From assembly GCA_964591255.1 (NCBI GenBank), contig CAZQAA010000211.1:1-57987 (forward strand): a stretch of DNA of 57,987 nucleotides, given 5' to 3'. Shown here in pieces: positions 46,248 through 55,984 of the stretch (the stretch's first letter is position 1; the number at the start of each line of letters is the position of its first letter). This DNA is from an uncultured Desulfobacterales bacterium. Lineage in GTDB: Bacteria > Desulfobacterota > DSM-4660 > Desulfatiglandales > Desulfatiglandaceae. Position numbers and translations under genes: made by a program. The notes under the pieces were generated by a model that was not told the origin of the DNA, did not search any database, and saw only the letters and a list, made by a program, of their open reading frames with translations.

Positions 46248-46348
46248 AACAAAACCTCCTCTTAATAGTTATTTTAACTTATACCACGATGGTCCTTTGA
46301 AAAAAAGCACAATCGGAATTTATCATGCTATAGAGAGACTGGCCTTCT

Positions 46349-48127
46349 TTATCCCTGGAGTGGTGCCAGACGTACATTTATTTCCCGGGCACGTTGCATA
46401 ATGAGCCTGGGAGTCAACATGTGATTATGGGGACATATGGATTTTGGATTTTGATAGGCAGCTTCAGTAAAGGCCACAATATATTTTCGCATTTCGGGAA
46501 AAGAGATTACTTCGTCAACGAATCCTTTTTTTGCGCAATAAACCGGACTTGATTTTTCAAAATAATCCTTTACCAGTTCGTTCATCTTTTCGATAACCGG
46601 CTCGAGTGGTCGGCCGGCATCCTTTTCTTTCACCAGCCTTCTCGCGAAAGTTGCCGCTGCAGCTGTTGGCCCATACATGACAGTTATCACGGTCGTCGGC
46701 GTTCCCAGGGTAAAGGCATTGTGATTGTTGGCTGTAGGTCCACCCATAACATAATGGGCAGCTGCCGTACCCTTTCTCAGGACAATACACATCTGCGGCA
46801 CATCAGTCTGTTCAATGGAATATATAAGTGATTGACCCAAACCAAGCAGCTCCGCCTGTTCCGCCTCATCTCCCACATCAATGCCTGTTGTGTCCTGGAA
46901 CCAGACAATAGGGATCCTGTCACGACCGCATAAGGTGACAAAGGCATTCATCTTTATCAGTCCCTGGCGATAAAGTTTGCCTCCCACACCCATATAGGAT
47001 GAGGTGTATTCCGGATAATTTTGCATCAAAAAACCTTGCCTGTTTCCTATGATCCCTACCAATAGACCGTTTATTTTGGCCAGGCCAGTATAAATTTCCG
47101 GTCCGTAATCCGGCCCGTATTCCATCTGTTCGCTATTGTCAACGACACGGGCAAGCACTTCACTGAACCTGTAAGCCCTCCTCTGGTTGAATTCAATAAT
47201 ATGGTTCAGGTCTTCTCCTGGAAATTTAGGCTCTTTCGGCTCGGCAACCCGGAAGAAAGAGAGATCATATGCCGGCACCATGGACATATATTTCTTGATG
47301 GCATCAAGCACATCTTGCTCAGTATCATACACCTCTTTAAAAAATCCGGTTTTGTTATAGTGGATATTTGCACTTCCGGGTGGTAGTTCCTTATAGTGCT
47401 TGGTAGCCTCGATAAGTTCTTCCGCCGATTTAAGATCAAAGTGCCCTTTTGGGCGCATCCCTCCCACAATTCCTCCACCTCCAACGGCCATGTTGGCATC
47501 CTTATGGGCCACAAGTATGGTAGGGCTTATGGCCTGATATCCGCCACCAGCTGGGTTTGTTCCATATATGCCGGCGATAATAGGTACTCCCAATTTTTCC
47601 AGCTCGGCATGGCGAAAAAAGGTGGTACCGTTTCCCCTCCTGTCTGCGTATACTTCTTCCTGTTCTGTGAGCTTTACGCCGCTGCAGTTGACGATCCAGA
47701 CCAGGGGCACACGAAGTCTTTTGGCCATATCAGTTACCCTGAGTTGGTTTTCCGCTTGTCCGGAAATCCAGGCTCCTGCCAGGACCTTGTTGTTAAATCC
47801 AATTACAACGGCCCATTTGCCATTGATTTTGGCCAGGCCGTCCACAACACCTGTGGTTCCCTCCTCATTGAATTTTGGGTTATAAAGGGTGTGAAGAGGA
47901 CACCAACTACCTGGATCTATAAGATATTCGATCCTGTCCCATACTGTCATCTCACCCCTTTTCTTGATTTTCTCATCAGGAATTCCGGCGTTCCTTACAG
48001 CCTTTATAGCGCTGGCAACCTCTTTTTCCACCTCCCTGATCTTGAGAACGTTTTCTTTCATATTCTCCTTCTGTTCAGAAGTGATCGGTTTCCCGAGAGG
48101 TTCCATTTCTTCAAAATACTGCCTCAT
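46349..48127 (-). CDS. Acyl-CoA carboxyltransferase, glutaconyl-CoA decarboxylase alpha (GcdA)/methylmalonyl-CoA decarboxylase alpha type
   Basis: The protein is about 592 aa with two crotonase-like carboxyltransferase halves. The N-terminal region (KKRGEMTVWDRIEYLIDPGSW....L) resembles GcdA as I remember it. I prefer the ATG at 48127 (GAGGAGG upstream). Confidence 0.7.
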   Translation of the reverse strand: MRQYFEEMEPLGKPITSEQKENMKENVLKIREVEKEVASAIKAVRNAGIPDEKIKKRGEMTVWDRIEYLIDPGSWCPLHTLYNPKFNEEGTTGVVDGLAKINGKWAVVIGFNNKVLAGAWISGQAENQLRVTDMAKRLRVPLVWIVNCSGVKLTEQEEVYADRRGNGTTFFRHAELEKLGVPIIAGIYGTNPAGGGYQAISPTILVAHKDANMAVGGGGIVGGMRPKGHFDLKSAEELIEATKHYKELPPGSANIHYNKTGFFKEVYDTEQDVLDAIKKYMSMVPAYDLSFFRVAEPKEPKFPGEDLNHIIEFNQRRAYRFSEVLARVVDNSEQMEYGPDYGPEIYTGLAKINGLLVGIIGNRQGFLMQNYPEYTSSYMGVGGKLYRQGLIKMNAFVTLCGRDRIPIVWFQDTTGIDVGDEAEQAELLGLGQSLIYSIEQTDVPQMCIVLRKGTAAAHYVMGGPTANNHNAFTLGTPTTVITVMYGPTAAAATFARRLVKEKDAGRPLEPVIEKMNELVKDYFEKSSPVYCAKKGFVDEVISFPEMRKYIVAFTEAAYQNPKSICPHNHMLTPRLIMQRAREINVRLAPLQG

Positions 48128-48312
48128 TCTTTGCCTCCTCATTATCCTTGGCGATTTTTAGCCAAAAATTGAAGTTAACAGCCCAATAAAAAGGGGTGAG
48201 AGAATCTTTCTCATGCGACCCTCAGTGCCAACTTGTGGGATACGTGCCTTAAAAAGGAGAGTCGCCAGCAGAATGTCATTGGGCTGATATGATCGAATTA
48301 TTTTTAATAATA

Positions 48313-48969
48313 TTAGATCATGGAAAGGAGTTTATTCACACCCTTTTCAATCCCCTTTGCAATATCTTTTATGCCCGGGCCAAGCATATACGCAGGAGCG
48401 CTCACTATTTTATTTTTTTCGTCCACTGCAATTTCGTCCACTGCGCATACAGTGTGCTTAACCCCAAGAGCATTTAATGCCATGATTGTTTCCTCATGGC
48501 TTCCAACGGTTACCTCGGGTGAATGGGTCTTTAATGCTGCTCCCACAGTTGCGGGCGCAATGCAAAAGGCACATATGGGTTTATGCTTTTTCAACATTTC
48601 TTCGAGTAAGCTTTTTACCTCCGGATTAACATCACATCCTGGGCCCTTGAAAGCAAAATCGCTCAGATTTTTGGCGGCACCGAATCCACCGGGCAGGATC
48701 AAGGCGTCAATATCATCGGCATTTATATCCTTCAAATCCTTAATATCACCCCGTGCGATCCTGGCAGATTCCACAAGCACATTTCGTGATTCCCCCGTTT
48801 CCTCATTCGTAAGGTGGTTGATAACATGGGCTTGAGGAATATCAGGAGCCATACAAATAATCTCTGCCCCCGCTTGATCAAGGTATAACATGGTCAGCAC
48901 GGCCTCATGTATTTCGGCCCCGTCAAGGAAGCCACATCCTGACAATAGTACACCTACTTTTTTAGACAT
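48313..48969 (-). CDS. elbB: DJ-1/PfpI-superfamily protein, ElbB-like
   Basis: KVGVLLSGCGFLDGAEIHEAVLTMLYLDQAGAE...LILPGGFGAAKNL matches the ElbB (isoprenoid biosynthesis/glyoxalase-like) pattern. It is 218 aa. Confidence 0.7.
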   Translation of the reverse strand: MSKKVGVLLSGCGFLDGAEIHEAVLTMLYLDQAGAEIICMAPDIPQAHVINHLTNEETGESRNVLVESARIARGDIKDLKDINADDIDALILPGGFGAAKNLSDFAFKGPGCDVNPEVKSLLEEMLKKHKPICAFCIAPATVGAALKTHSPEVTVGSHEETIMALNALGVKHTVCAVDEIAVDEKNKIVSAPAYMLGPGIKDIAKGIEKGVNKLLSMI

Positions 48970-48988
48970 CTTTTTTCCTCCTTTTTAT

Positions 48989-50977
48989 TCATATTTCACT
49001 GGGCATATGAGCGCAGACAATTTCTGCTATATCATACACTTTTTCTTCTTCAGTAAAGCCCTTTAATCCGTCCGTCATCATGAGAAGACAGAAGGGGCAT
49101 GCAGTGGCAATCATGTCTGCCCCTGTCGCCAGGGCTTCTTGAGCCCTTGCCCTGTTGATCCTTGTTCCCTCTTCTTCTGCCCAGTAGTTTCCTCCGCCGC
49201 CCCCACAGCAAAAGCTTGACTTTCCGTCTCGAGGCATTTTCGTTAGATTCCCCACCTTAGAGATAATGTTGCGTGGTTCAGTCAGAATATCATTATGCCT
49301 GGCAAAATAACATGGATCATGAAAAGTAATCTTGCTGGAACCGTCATTGATTTCAAGCCTGTGGGTTTCCATCAGGCGCTTGATCATAACTATATGGGGA
49401 ATGACCTCATATGTTCCCCCCAACTCAGGATAGTAATGGACAAAGCTATGATAACAGTGGGGACACATAGTAATAATTTTTTCAACGTTAAGAGTTGAAA
49501 AATCCTCGATATTTTGGAGGGCCAATTCATTAAACAGAAACTCGTTTCCCATCTGTTTTGCAGGGTCACCGGTACACCTGCTATCTTTTAGGATCCCAAA
49601 GGAGACCCCGGCCTTGTGAAGGATATCAACCATGGCCCTTGCAATTTTCTGTGCCCGTTCTTCATATATGATAGAACAGCCGATCCATAACAGGTATTCA
49701 CTTTTTCCTTTTTCAAATATAGGCACATCCAGTCCCTTTTGCCAGTCTTGTTTTCCTGTTCCGGTACCAAAAAAGGGATGGCCGCGGGCTTCCAGACTTT
49801 TGATTGCCTTGCCGGCCAGTTCCGGGACTCTGCCTTCCTCCATAATTAGATAACGCCTCATTTCTATGATATCGCGGAGGTGTTCATTCCCTACAGGACA
49901 GACATTGGCACAGGCACCACAGGTGGTGCATTGCCAGAGTTCATCCTCAGAGATTGAATCTCCAATGAGATTAATGCGTTCTATCTCATTCCATGTTTCT
50001 TGTGGAGCAGCAAGGAGTCTTGGACCATTAGCAAAAAGATTTTCCTTGATAGAGAGAATGATTTCCTTGGGAGATAGGGCCTTGCCGGTACTGTTTGCAG
50101 GACACTGGTCCATACAGCGGCCGCACTCGGTACATGTATATCCATCAAAGAGTTGTTTCCAGCTTAAATCTTCTACCTTGGATACACCCAAGACATCCAG
50201 TTCTTCTGCATCAAAATCGATCATAGGGAGATGGACAAGAGGCGGGGGATAATGTCTGAAAAAATTGGCCGGTACTGCCGTAAATACATGCAGGTGTTTA
50301 CTGTTTGGAATGTAGTCCAGGAAAAATAGCAGCACAACAAGATGTACCCACCACATAATTTCGAACATGTTATGGTTGAAGTCATGAATACCGGCCATGT
50401 TAACAAAAAGGTGAGTTAACGGCATCCAGTCTGCAGCAATGCTTGAAAACCCTCTCTCTTCCGGATTGACGAGGCGCAGGGAGTTCATGCCCAGGAGGGT
50501 GATCATTAAAATGCAGATGAGACCCAGTATCAGATAAGCGGTCAGATGGTAGTTGATTTGCGTGGGCCTTAAAACAAATCTCCTGAAAAATGCCATAACC
50601 ATTGCCAGGATAACGACAACTATAAATATATCTTGAGATAAGAGGAAGATGTTGAAAATGGGATATCCCAAAAAGGAGAAATCAAAGCCAGGAATAATGC
50701 CTCCCAGGACAAACTCAATCTCGCCGGGAAGAAGGATCAGGAATCCGAATATAATAAATATATGCATGATCCCGGCATAGGTGTAATCTGCTACGGGAAC
50801 ACGGAACTGAGAAAATTGAAGGATGCTTTGTTTTATCGTCGTCCAGAGCCTTTTTATGGGCTGCTGGAAACGGTTTTCTTCCTTGCCTATGGCCAGCAAC
50901 TTAAACAGATAGATTACCCGGTATGTGAAATAGCCAAGGGACAGGATTACTCCAACTGTCGCCAATACCGATTTCAT
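48989..50977 (-). CDS. Membrane-bound FeS oxidoreductase (N-terminal multi-TM domain fused to an HdrD/DsrK/GlpC-like domain); candidate Etf:menaquinone oxidoreductase
   Basis: About 6 TM helices are followed by CTECGRCMDQCP and CTTCGACANVCP (2x[4Fe-4S]) and then two CCG-type cysteine clusters (MCPHCYHS, DPCYF, FCCGGGGG, TACPFC). It sits immediately downstream of etfBA. Confidence 0.75.
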   Translation of the reverse strand: MKSVLATVGVILSLGYFTYRVIYLFKLLAIGKEENRFQQPIKRLWTTIKQSILQFSQFRVPVADYTYAGIMHIFIIFGFLILLPGEIEFVLGGIIPGFDFSFLGYPIFNIFLLSQDIFIVVVILAMVMAFFRRFVLRPTQINYHLTAYLILGLICILMITLLGMNSLRLVNPEERGFSSIAADWMPLTHLFVNMAGIHDFNHNMFEIMWWVHLVVLLFFLDYIPNSKHLHVFTAVPANFFRHYPPPLVHLPMIDFDAEELDVLGVSKVEDLSWKQLFDGYTCTECGRCMDQCPANSTGKALSPKEIILSIKENLFANGPRLLAAPQETWNEIERINLIGDSISEDELWQCTTCGACANVCPVGNEHLRDIIEMRRYLIMEEGRVPELAGKAIKSLEARGHPFFGTGTGKQDWQKGLDVPIFEKGKSEYLLWIGCSIIYEERAQKIARAMVDILHKAGVSFGILKDSRCTGDPAKQMGNEFLFNELALQNIEDFSTLNVEKIITMCPHCYHSFVHYYPELGGTYEVIPHIVMIKRLMETHRLEINDGSSKITFHDPCYFARHNDILTEPRNIISKVGNLTKMPRDGKSSFCCGGGGGNYWAEEEGTRINRARAQEALATGADMIATACPFCLLMMTDGLKGFTEEEKVYDIAEIVCAHMPSEI

Positions 50978-50994
50978 AAGGTTTTCTCCGTATC

Positions 50995-51882
50995 TTATTT
51001 GGCCTTTTTGATCGTCTCGATCAAGATCGGAACGACTTTCTTGTAGTCTTCCACAATACCGAATCTCGCGCGCTTGAAAATGTTTGCCTCTTCATCCCTG
51101 TTTATGGCAATCACGCATTTTGCATTGGTTATTCCTGCCAGGTGTTGGCTTGCACCTGAGACACCTATGGCAAAATATATTGTAGGCGCCACTATCTTTC
51201 CCGTCTGGCCTACCTGGAGTTGCGGAGGCATCCAGCCTTCGTCCACTGCCCCTCTTGATGCCCCCACTGCCCCTTTGAGGAGGTCAGCTATTTCCCTGAG
51301 CATGCTGAAATTTTCAGCGCTGCCTACACCACGCCCGCCGGTAACTACAACCTCTGCGTCTTCAAGTGGAATCCCCTCGGTCTTTTCTTCCCTTTCCGCT
51401 ATAAACGTGACGGCCTTTTTTTCAATGGCCAACTGAAGTGTCTCGCTGGTACCTTCCAGAGGGTCTTTTTCAAAGTAATTGCGTCTTATAGTAATCACAA
51501 CCGGTGTTTTTTCTATCTTGTATTTTGCAACACTCTTTCCGCCGTACAGGGGTTTTTCCAGTACAAGATCAGGTGTGATTCCCGTTACCTCCGACATGAT
51601 CGGTGCAGAAAGGTGCACGGAAAGAGGGGCTGCAATACCTCCCCCGATTGTGGTGGAAGTCAAAAGAATAATCTCATAGCCTTCTTTTTTTATGAGATCC
51701 ACAAGGGATGGAAGTATATTCGCCCCTATGGTCTCTTCTGTCTGGAAGACCTTGCCAAATCCCCCGGGCACGGCCCCTTCACCAATGGCCACAAGATCGG
51801 GTGTGTCTCCGAAGACCTTGCTTGCTGTAACCAATTCCCCCAGCCTGTTTGGATCGACGATTTCCACGATGAGTGTCTTCAT
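50995..51882 (-). CDS. etfA: Electron transfer flavoprotein alpha subunit
   Basis: The C-terminal FAD-binding motif reads VGQTGKIVAP.IYFAIGVSGASQHLAG. It is 295 aa and has no N-terminal ferredoxin extension. The start overlaps the etfB stop as ATGA. Confidence 0.9.
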   Translation of the reverse strand: MKTLIVEIVDPNRLGELVTASKVFGDTPDLVAIGEGAVPGGFGKVFQTEETIGANILPSLVDLIKKEGYEIILLTSTTIGGGIAAPLSVHLSAPIMSEVTGITPDLVLEKPLYGGKSVAKYKIEKTPVVITIRRNYFEKDPLEGTSETLQLAIEKKAVTFIAEREEKTEGIPLEDAEVVVTGGRGVGSAENFSMLREIADLLKGAVGASRGAVDEGWMPPQLQVGQTGKIVAPTIYFAIGVSGASQHLAGITNAKCVIAINRDEEANIFKRARFGIVEDYKKVVPILIETIKKAK

Positions 51883-52634
51883 AGATAACGTTCCTCCTTT
51901 AGTTTGTTCAGGAGCATTTCAGCGGCCTGGTTTATGTCATCAACAGGCAAAAACTCGCAAACAGATTCTATGGTTGGGATCTCCACGGATATCTCCTCTG
52001 CAGGCATGGGATCTGTATCTATCCCGGGAATTTTTTCCACAGGCATCTTCTTGGCCGCCAATATCCTTCGAACCGGAGGAATGCGTGGAACGTTGCTTGT
52101 GTCGTCAGTGATGGAAATGACGCCTTTACCTGCAAATTCCATCTCTCTTGACCCTTTTTCTGTTATCTGATTTACTTTCCAGTTGCCATCAATGTTCTCT
52201 ATCTGGCTTATCTGTGGAATAAAGGTATACCCCAACATCCCGGCCAGAATTCCTGGCACAACACCTCTGTCCATATCTGCGGATTGTCTGCCCGCAAGAA
52301 CGAGATCTACATCACCAAGCTGTTGAATCGCCATCTTCAAATTGGCCGCTATCATATTGGGGTCATCCGAGCTTCCAATAACCAGGACCAGCTTGTCTCC
52401 GCCCATGGCGATGGCCTTCCGCAAAACGGGTATGTCATCTTCCCTGCCATAAGATATGATTGTCAGCTGGGCGGAATATTTTTCCTTGATCTGCACCCCC
52501 ACTTCAACGGCATTTTCATCATAAAGCCCGATCATTCGTGTATATCTTTCATGTGCCCTGCCATTTACCAGCTCAAAGTCGGCGGCAGGCACCTCATAAT
52601 CGGGTACGACTTTAGCGCATACTGCAATATGCAT
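51879..52634 (-). CDS. etfB: Electron transfer flavoprotein beta subunit
   Basis: It reads IAVCAKVVPD...LVLAGRQS.D......P..LA..LG. I prefer the ATG at 52634 (GGGAGG lies 8 nt upstream) over the GTG at 52643. Confidence 0.85.
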   Translation of the reverse strand: MHIAVCAKVVPDYEVPAADFELVNGRAHERYTRMIGLYDENAVEVGVQIKEKYSAQLTIISYGREDDIPVLRKAIAMGGDKLVLVIGSSDDPNMIAANLKMAIQQLGDVDLVLAGRQSADMDRGVVPGILAGMLGYTFIPQISQIENIDGNWKVNQITEKGSREMEFAGKGVISITDDTSNVPRIPPVRRILAAKKMPVEKIPGIDTDPMPAEEISVEIPTIESVCEFLPVDDINQAAEMLLNKLKEERYL

Positions 52635-52677
52635 TGGTAGCACCTCCCAGGTTATTCAGACCGGCCCTGAAAACCGA

Positions 52678-53448
52678 TCAATTTCCCTTGTATTCAGGGG
52701 CCCTCTTCTCGGCAAATGCCGTAAATCCCTCTTTTCTGTCCTCTGTGTCTCTCAAGATTCCCCACATAAGATGAGAGAAGAGGATTGCATGGTCAATAGG
52801 CATGTCCTGCCCGAGGACAGCAGCCTGTTTTGCCGCCTTGACTGATAAGGGCGCGTTGGCCGCGATACGTTCAGCATATTTCTTTGCAAGGTCCATTAAT
52901 TGATCCGGTTCTACCAGATCGCTTACAAGTCCAACCCTATATGCTTCTTCTGCATCGATCATCTCTCCGGTCAGGAGCATCTTCATGGCAATTGCCTGAG
53001 GAATTGCCCGGGGAAGGCACTGGGTTCCGTTCAGGCCGGCAAGACTTGCCACCTTTACCTCGGTCAAACCAAACTTGGCCTTTTTAGAGGCTATCCTGAG
53101 GTCGCAGGCAAGGGCCATCTCGAGACCGCCGCCCACTGCATACCCGTTAATAGCCGCAATTATCGGCTTCCACATTTTCATGTATGGAATTATCGGCATA
53201 CCCTCATTCAGGTAGGTTGCAGCCATACACTCCTTGGGGGGAGGGGTCTTCTTCATATCCGTCCCTGTGGAAAAGGCCTTTTCTCCTGCTCCGGTCAGTA
53301 CAATAACGCGAATTTCACGATCTTCCCTGACTTCAGTCCATATATTTTTCAACTGCTCAAGAGATTCAGGATCTAATGAATTCATGGCCTCAGGCCTGTT
53401 AAGTGTGATATACGCCACATGCCCTTCTCTTAAAAAATCAACGCCCAT
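52678..53448 (-). CDS. Enoyl-CoA hydratase/isomerase (crotonase) family protein
   Basis: It reads ITLNRPEAMNSL...VIVLTGAG.KAFS.G.D......INGYAVGGGLEMALACDLRIA. It is 256 aa. Confidence 0.9.
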   Translation of the reverse strand: MGVDFLREGHVAYITLNRPEAMNSLDPESLEQLKNIWTEVREDREIRVIVLTGAGEKAFSTGTDMKKTPPPKECMAATYLNEGMPIIPYMKMWKPIIAAINGYAVGGGLEMALACDLRIASKKAKFGLTEVKVASLAGLNGTQCLPRAIPQAIAMKMLLTGEMIDAEEAYRVGLVSDLVEPDQLMDLAKKYAERIAANAPLSVKAAKQAAVLGQDMPIDHAILFSHLMWGILRDTEDRKEGFTAFAEKRAPEYKGN

Positions 53449-53460
53449 TGTTAATTCCTC

Positions 53461-54690
53461 CTAATAATCCTTTTCTACAATAAATGGATCATACGGTTTT
53501 TTTGATCGCAGAATTTGTCTTGCAATCAACCATCTGTGTATCTCTGATGGTCCTTCCAGGATTCTCCATATCCGTACCATCCGAGCTACATACTCGATGC
53601 CGAGTTCCCTTGAGACTCCCAGCCCGCCGTGGAGCTGGATTGCCCTGTCAGCTACGCGTGTCAGCATCTCGGTTGCAGCCACCTTTACAGCTGCTCCTTC
53701 AACACGCAGGTCCTTGTATCCCTGGTCTGATTTCCATGCCGCGTAGTAGAGCAGCCACCTTGTCTGCTCGAGTTCCATAGTGGAGTCTGCAATCCAGTTC
53801 TGGACAGTCTGTCGCTCGGCCAAGGGTTTCCCGAATGTAACCCTGTTGTTGGCCTGCTCGATCATCATCTGTATAAGCCGCTCCGCCATTCCTGTACAAT
53901 GCGCGGCCAATTCGATCCTGCGCACTCCAAATCGATTCTGAAGGGGGATGAATGCCTTCCCTACCTCTCCAAGAACCGCATCATCGTCAACTTCCACGTC
54001 CTCAAGTATTAAATCCCATACGGGCATTGCCCCGATAACCGGGATCTCCCGGCCCTTACGAAGACCTGGATGATCCCTGTCTATTAGAAACGCAGTGAAC
54101 TTGTCCTTGGCGGGAGCATCGGGATCTGTGACGGCAATCAATATGAAGAAGACGTTTGGATAATCGAGCTTGCTTATAAAGGTCTTTGTCCCGTTTATTA
54201 TCCACTTGTCTCCTTTTTTAACAGCCCTGGTTTTGAGGCCGCTCACGTCGGAGCCCGCATCTGGCTCCGTGACTGCCATTGCAGAATCAATCTCGTCATT
54301 GCAATAGGGAACAAAATATTTTTCCTTCTGCTTTTCGTTACAGCACTCTTTCAGATAGTAGAGGTTTGGTGCATCAGGGGGAAGGGTAAAACCGTGATGT
54401 GAGAATCCTACCAGGCACTTGCACATCTCTTCTACTACCAAAGTCTTGGCCAGCATGCCGAGACCCTGGCCGCCGTATTTTTCCTCAACTTCAAGACCCC
54501 AAAACCCGAGTTCCTTCGCTGCCTTCAATAATCTTGCATGATCTTCCTCAGAAATAAGGGGACCGGGTTCTGTCCACAGGCTTAGCTCTCGATCGAGAAG
54601 TCCCTTTTCAAGGGGCATCATTTCCCGTTTAACAAACTCCCTCATTGCCTCTTTCAACATCATATATTCTTCAGGTATGGAGAAATCCAT
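53461..54690 (-). CDS. Acyl-CoA dehydrogenase
   Basis: The ACAD layout reads F.IPEE..ML.EA.REF...E., MAVTEPDAGSD, the middle beta domain and the C-terminal R...ILEGPSEIHR. I prefer the ATG at 54690 (MDFSIP..., GGGAG upstream). Confidence 0.9.
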   Translation of the reverse strand: MDFSIPEEYMMLKEAMREFVKREMMPLEKGLLDRELSLWTEPGPLISEEDHARLLKAAKELGFWGLEVEEKYGGQGLGMLAKTLVVEEMCKCLVGFSHHGFTLPPDAPNLYYLKECCNEKQKEKYFVPYCNDEIDSAMAVTEPDAGSDVSGLKTRAVKKGDKWIINGTKTFISKLDYPNVFFILIAVTDPDAPAKDKFTAFLIDRDHPGLRKGREIPVIGAMPVWDLILEDVEVDDDAVLGEVGKAFIPLQNRFGVRRIELAAHCTGMAERLIQMMIEQANNRVTFGKPLAERQTVQNWIADSTMELEQTRWLLYYAAWKSDQGYKDLRVEGAAVKVAATEMLTRVADRAIQLHGGLGVSRELGIEYVARMVRIWRILEGPSEIHRWLIARQILRSKKPYDPFIVEKDY

Positions 54691-54751
54691 TTTCAACTCC
54701 CATGTCAAATTGCAGGCGGATAGTTGGGTGTGCTCACAAGTCGCCGTTTAA

Positions 54752-55984
54752 TCAGGTCAACACCCCTTTTTCCACCAGTTTTGAGATTTCATTGTCCGTG
54801 TAACCCAAAAAGTCCGTCAATACATCCTCGGTATGTTCACCAAGAAGCGGTGCAGCCTTGTTCATTTGTATAGGCGTCTTGGAAAAAAGAATCGGCGCCC
54901 TGTTGTAATTGCTGATTCCCATCTCTGGATGCTCCAAATATGCCCAAAACCCCCGTTCAATCAGGTGTTCGTCTTCGATCGCAGCACGTGCATCATTTAC
55001 AAGCCCGGCCTTGACACCCCCTTTTATTAACTTCTCCATCAATTGTTTACCGTATTGCAGACGGGTCCAATTTTCTATTTTGTCATTTAATTCCTGCTCG
55101 TTTTCTTTGCGGGCTGACAGCGTCGAAAATTTTGGATCATCCGCCCATGAGGGATTGTCCATGACCCGTTTAAACGCGTACCATTCGTCTTCGGTAAAAA
55201 CAGCAATCGCAATCCATTTCCGGTAACCGAGGGTTGTGTATACTCCGTGAGGCGCTGCATCGGGATCGCCAAAACCGATCGGTCCCAGGATGTCGCCATT
55301 TGCGGCATATGTCATAACATCCATAGGTTTCATGGCTATTGAAGCCGCCAACTGGGAAACCGCCACCTGCTGGCCCTTTCCCGTGACTTCTCTATTCAGC
55401 AATGCCGCTATTATCCCAAAAATAGTATGGCTCGGGACCATCACGTGGTCTGTGTAGTTGGTTCCTGTACCAAAAGGCCTCTGGCCCTCAAAGGCGCTTT
55501 GCTCTGTAAGGCCACAAAGGGCATTCAGGTTGACGCCAAAACCCATATAGGAGCTGTGGGGACCTTTTGTTCCCTGCAGGCTCATGGTGACATATATGAT
55601 CCGAGGGTTAATTTCTTTTACATCATCCCATCCAAGCCTCCATTTTTCCATCTGCCCGACTCGAAAATTGTTGATGATGATGTCGCTTTTTTTTATTAGC
55701 CGGACGGCTATATCACGGGCTTCTGGATGTCCCATATTGAGGGCTATACATTTTTTGTTAGGATTACGGTTGGCAAAATATCCGCTTCGTTCCATACCCT
55801 TCGCTATTCCGTCCTTAAAAGGACCTCCAAGCCTCAAGATGTCCGGCCTTTTTTTGCTTTCGATCTTTATGATTTCGGCACCACACTGACCCAGAACATT
55901 GGTGGTTATCGGGCCTGCTCCTACCCAGGAAAAGTCACAAACAACGATTCCTTCCAGTGCCCTTTTCCATTTATTTCCCGACAT
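54752..55984 (-). CDS. Family III (CaiB/BaiF) CoA-transferase, second of a tandem pair (BbsF-position)
   Basis: It reads [34 protein letters not shown]...R. The length, about 410 aa, is typical for the family. The ATG at 55984 is preceded by GAGGAGG and overlaps the upstream gene by 14 nt. Confidence 0.8.
   Translation of the reverse strand: MSGNKWKRALEGIVVCDFSWVGAGPITTNVLGQCGAEIIKIESKKRPDILRLGGPFKDGIAKGMERSGYFANRNPNKKCIALNMGHPEARDIAVRLIKKSDIIINNFRVGQMEKWRLGWDDVKEINPRIIYVTMSLQGTKGPHSSYMGFGVNLNALCGLTEQSAFEGQRPFGTGTNYTDHVMVPSHTIFGIIAALLNREVTGKGQQVAVSQLAASIAMKPMDVMTYAANGDILGPIGFGDPDAAPHGVYTTLGYRKWIAIAVFTEDEWYAFKRVMDNPSWADDPKFSTLSARKENEQELNDKIENWTRLQYGKQLMEKLIKGGVKAGLVNDARAAIEDEHLIERGFWAYLEHPEMGISNYNRAPILFSKTPIQMNKAAPLLGEHTEDVLTDFLGYTDNEISKLVEKGVLT

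Noticed and set aside
47396-48172. Long antisense ORFs inside recognisable genes. Examples are 47396-48172 (+) and 46006-46401 (+) opposite the carboxyltransferase and biotin-carrier genes, 8420-8986 (-) and 13468-13980 (-) opposite the efflux genes, 21917-22465 (+) opposite uvrB, and 23454-23927 (+) opposite cysS.
   Set aside because: Each is fully covered by an opposite-strand gene with unmistakable family motifs. Their translations are low-complexity with no motif, RBS or context support.
48214-48230. A sigma-54-like motif on the minus strand upstream of the carboxyltransferase gene: TGGCAC-TGAGG-GTCGCA.
   Set aside because: The GG and GC dinucleotides are separated by 11 nt rather than the invariant 10, and the -12 element reads TCGCA. 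I do not call it a promoter.
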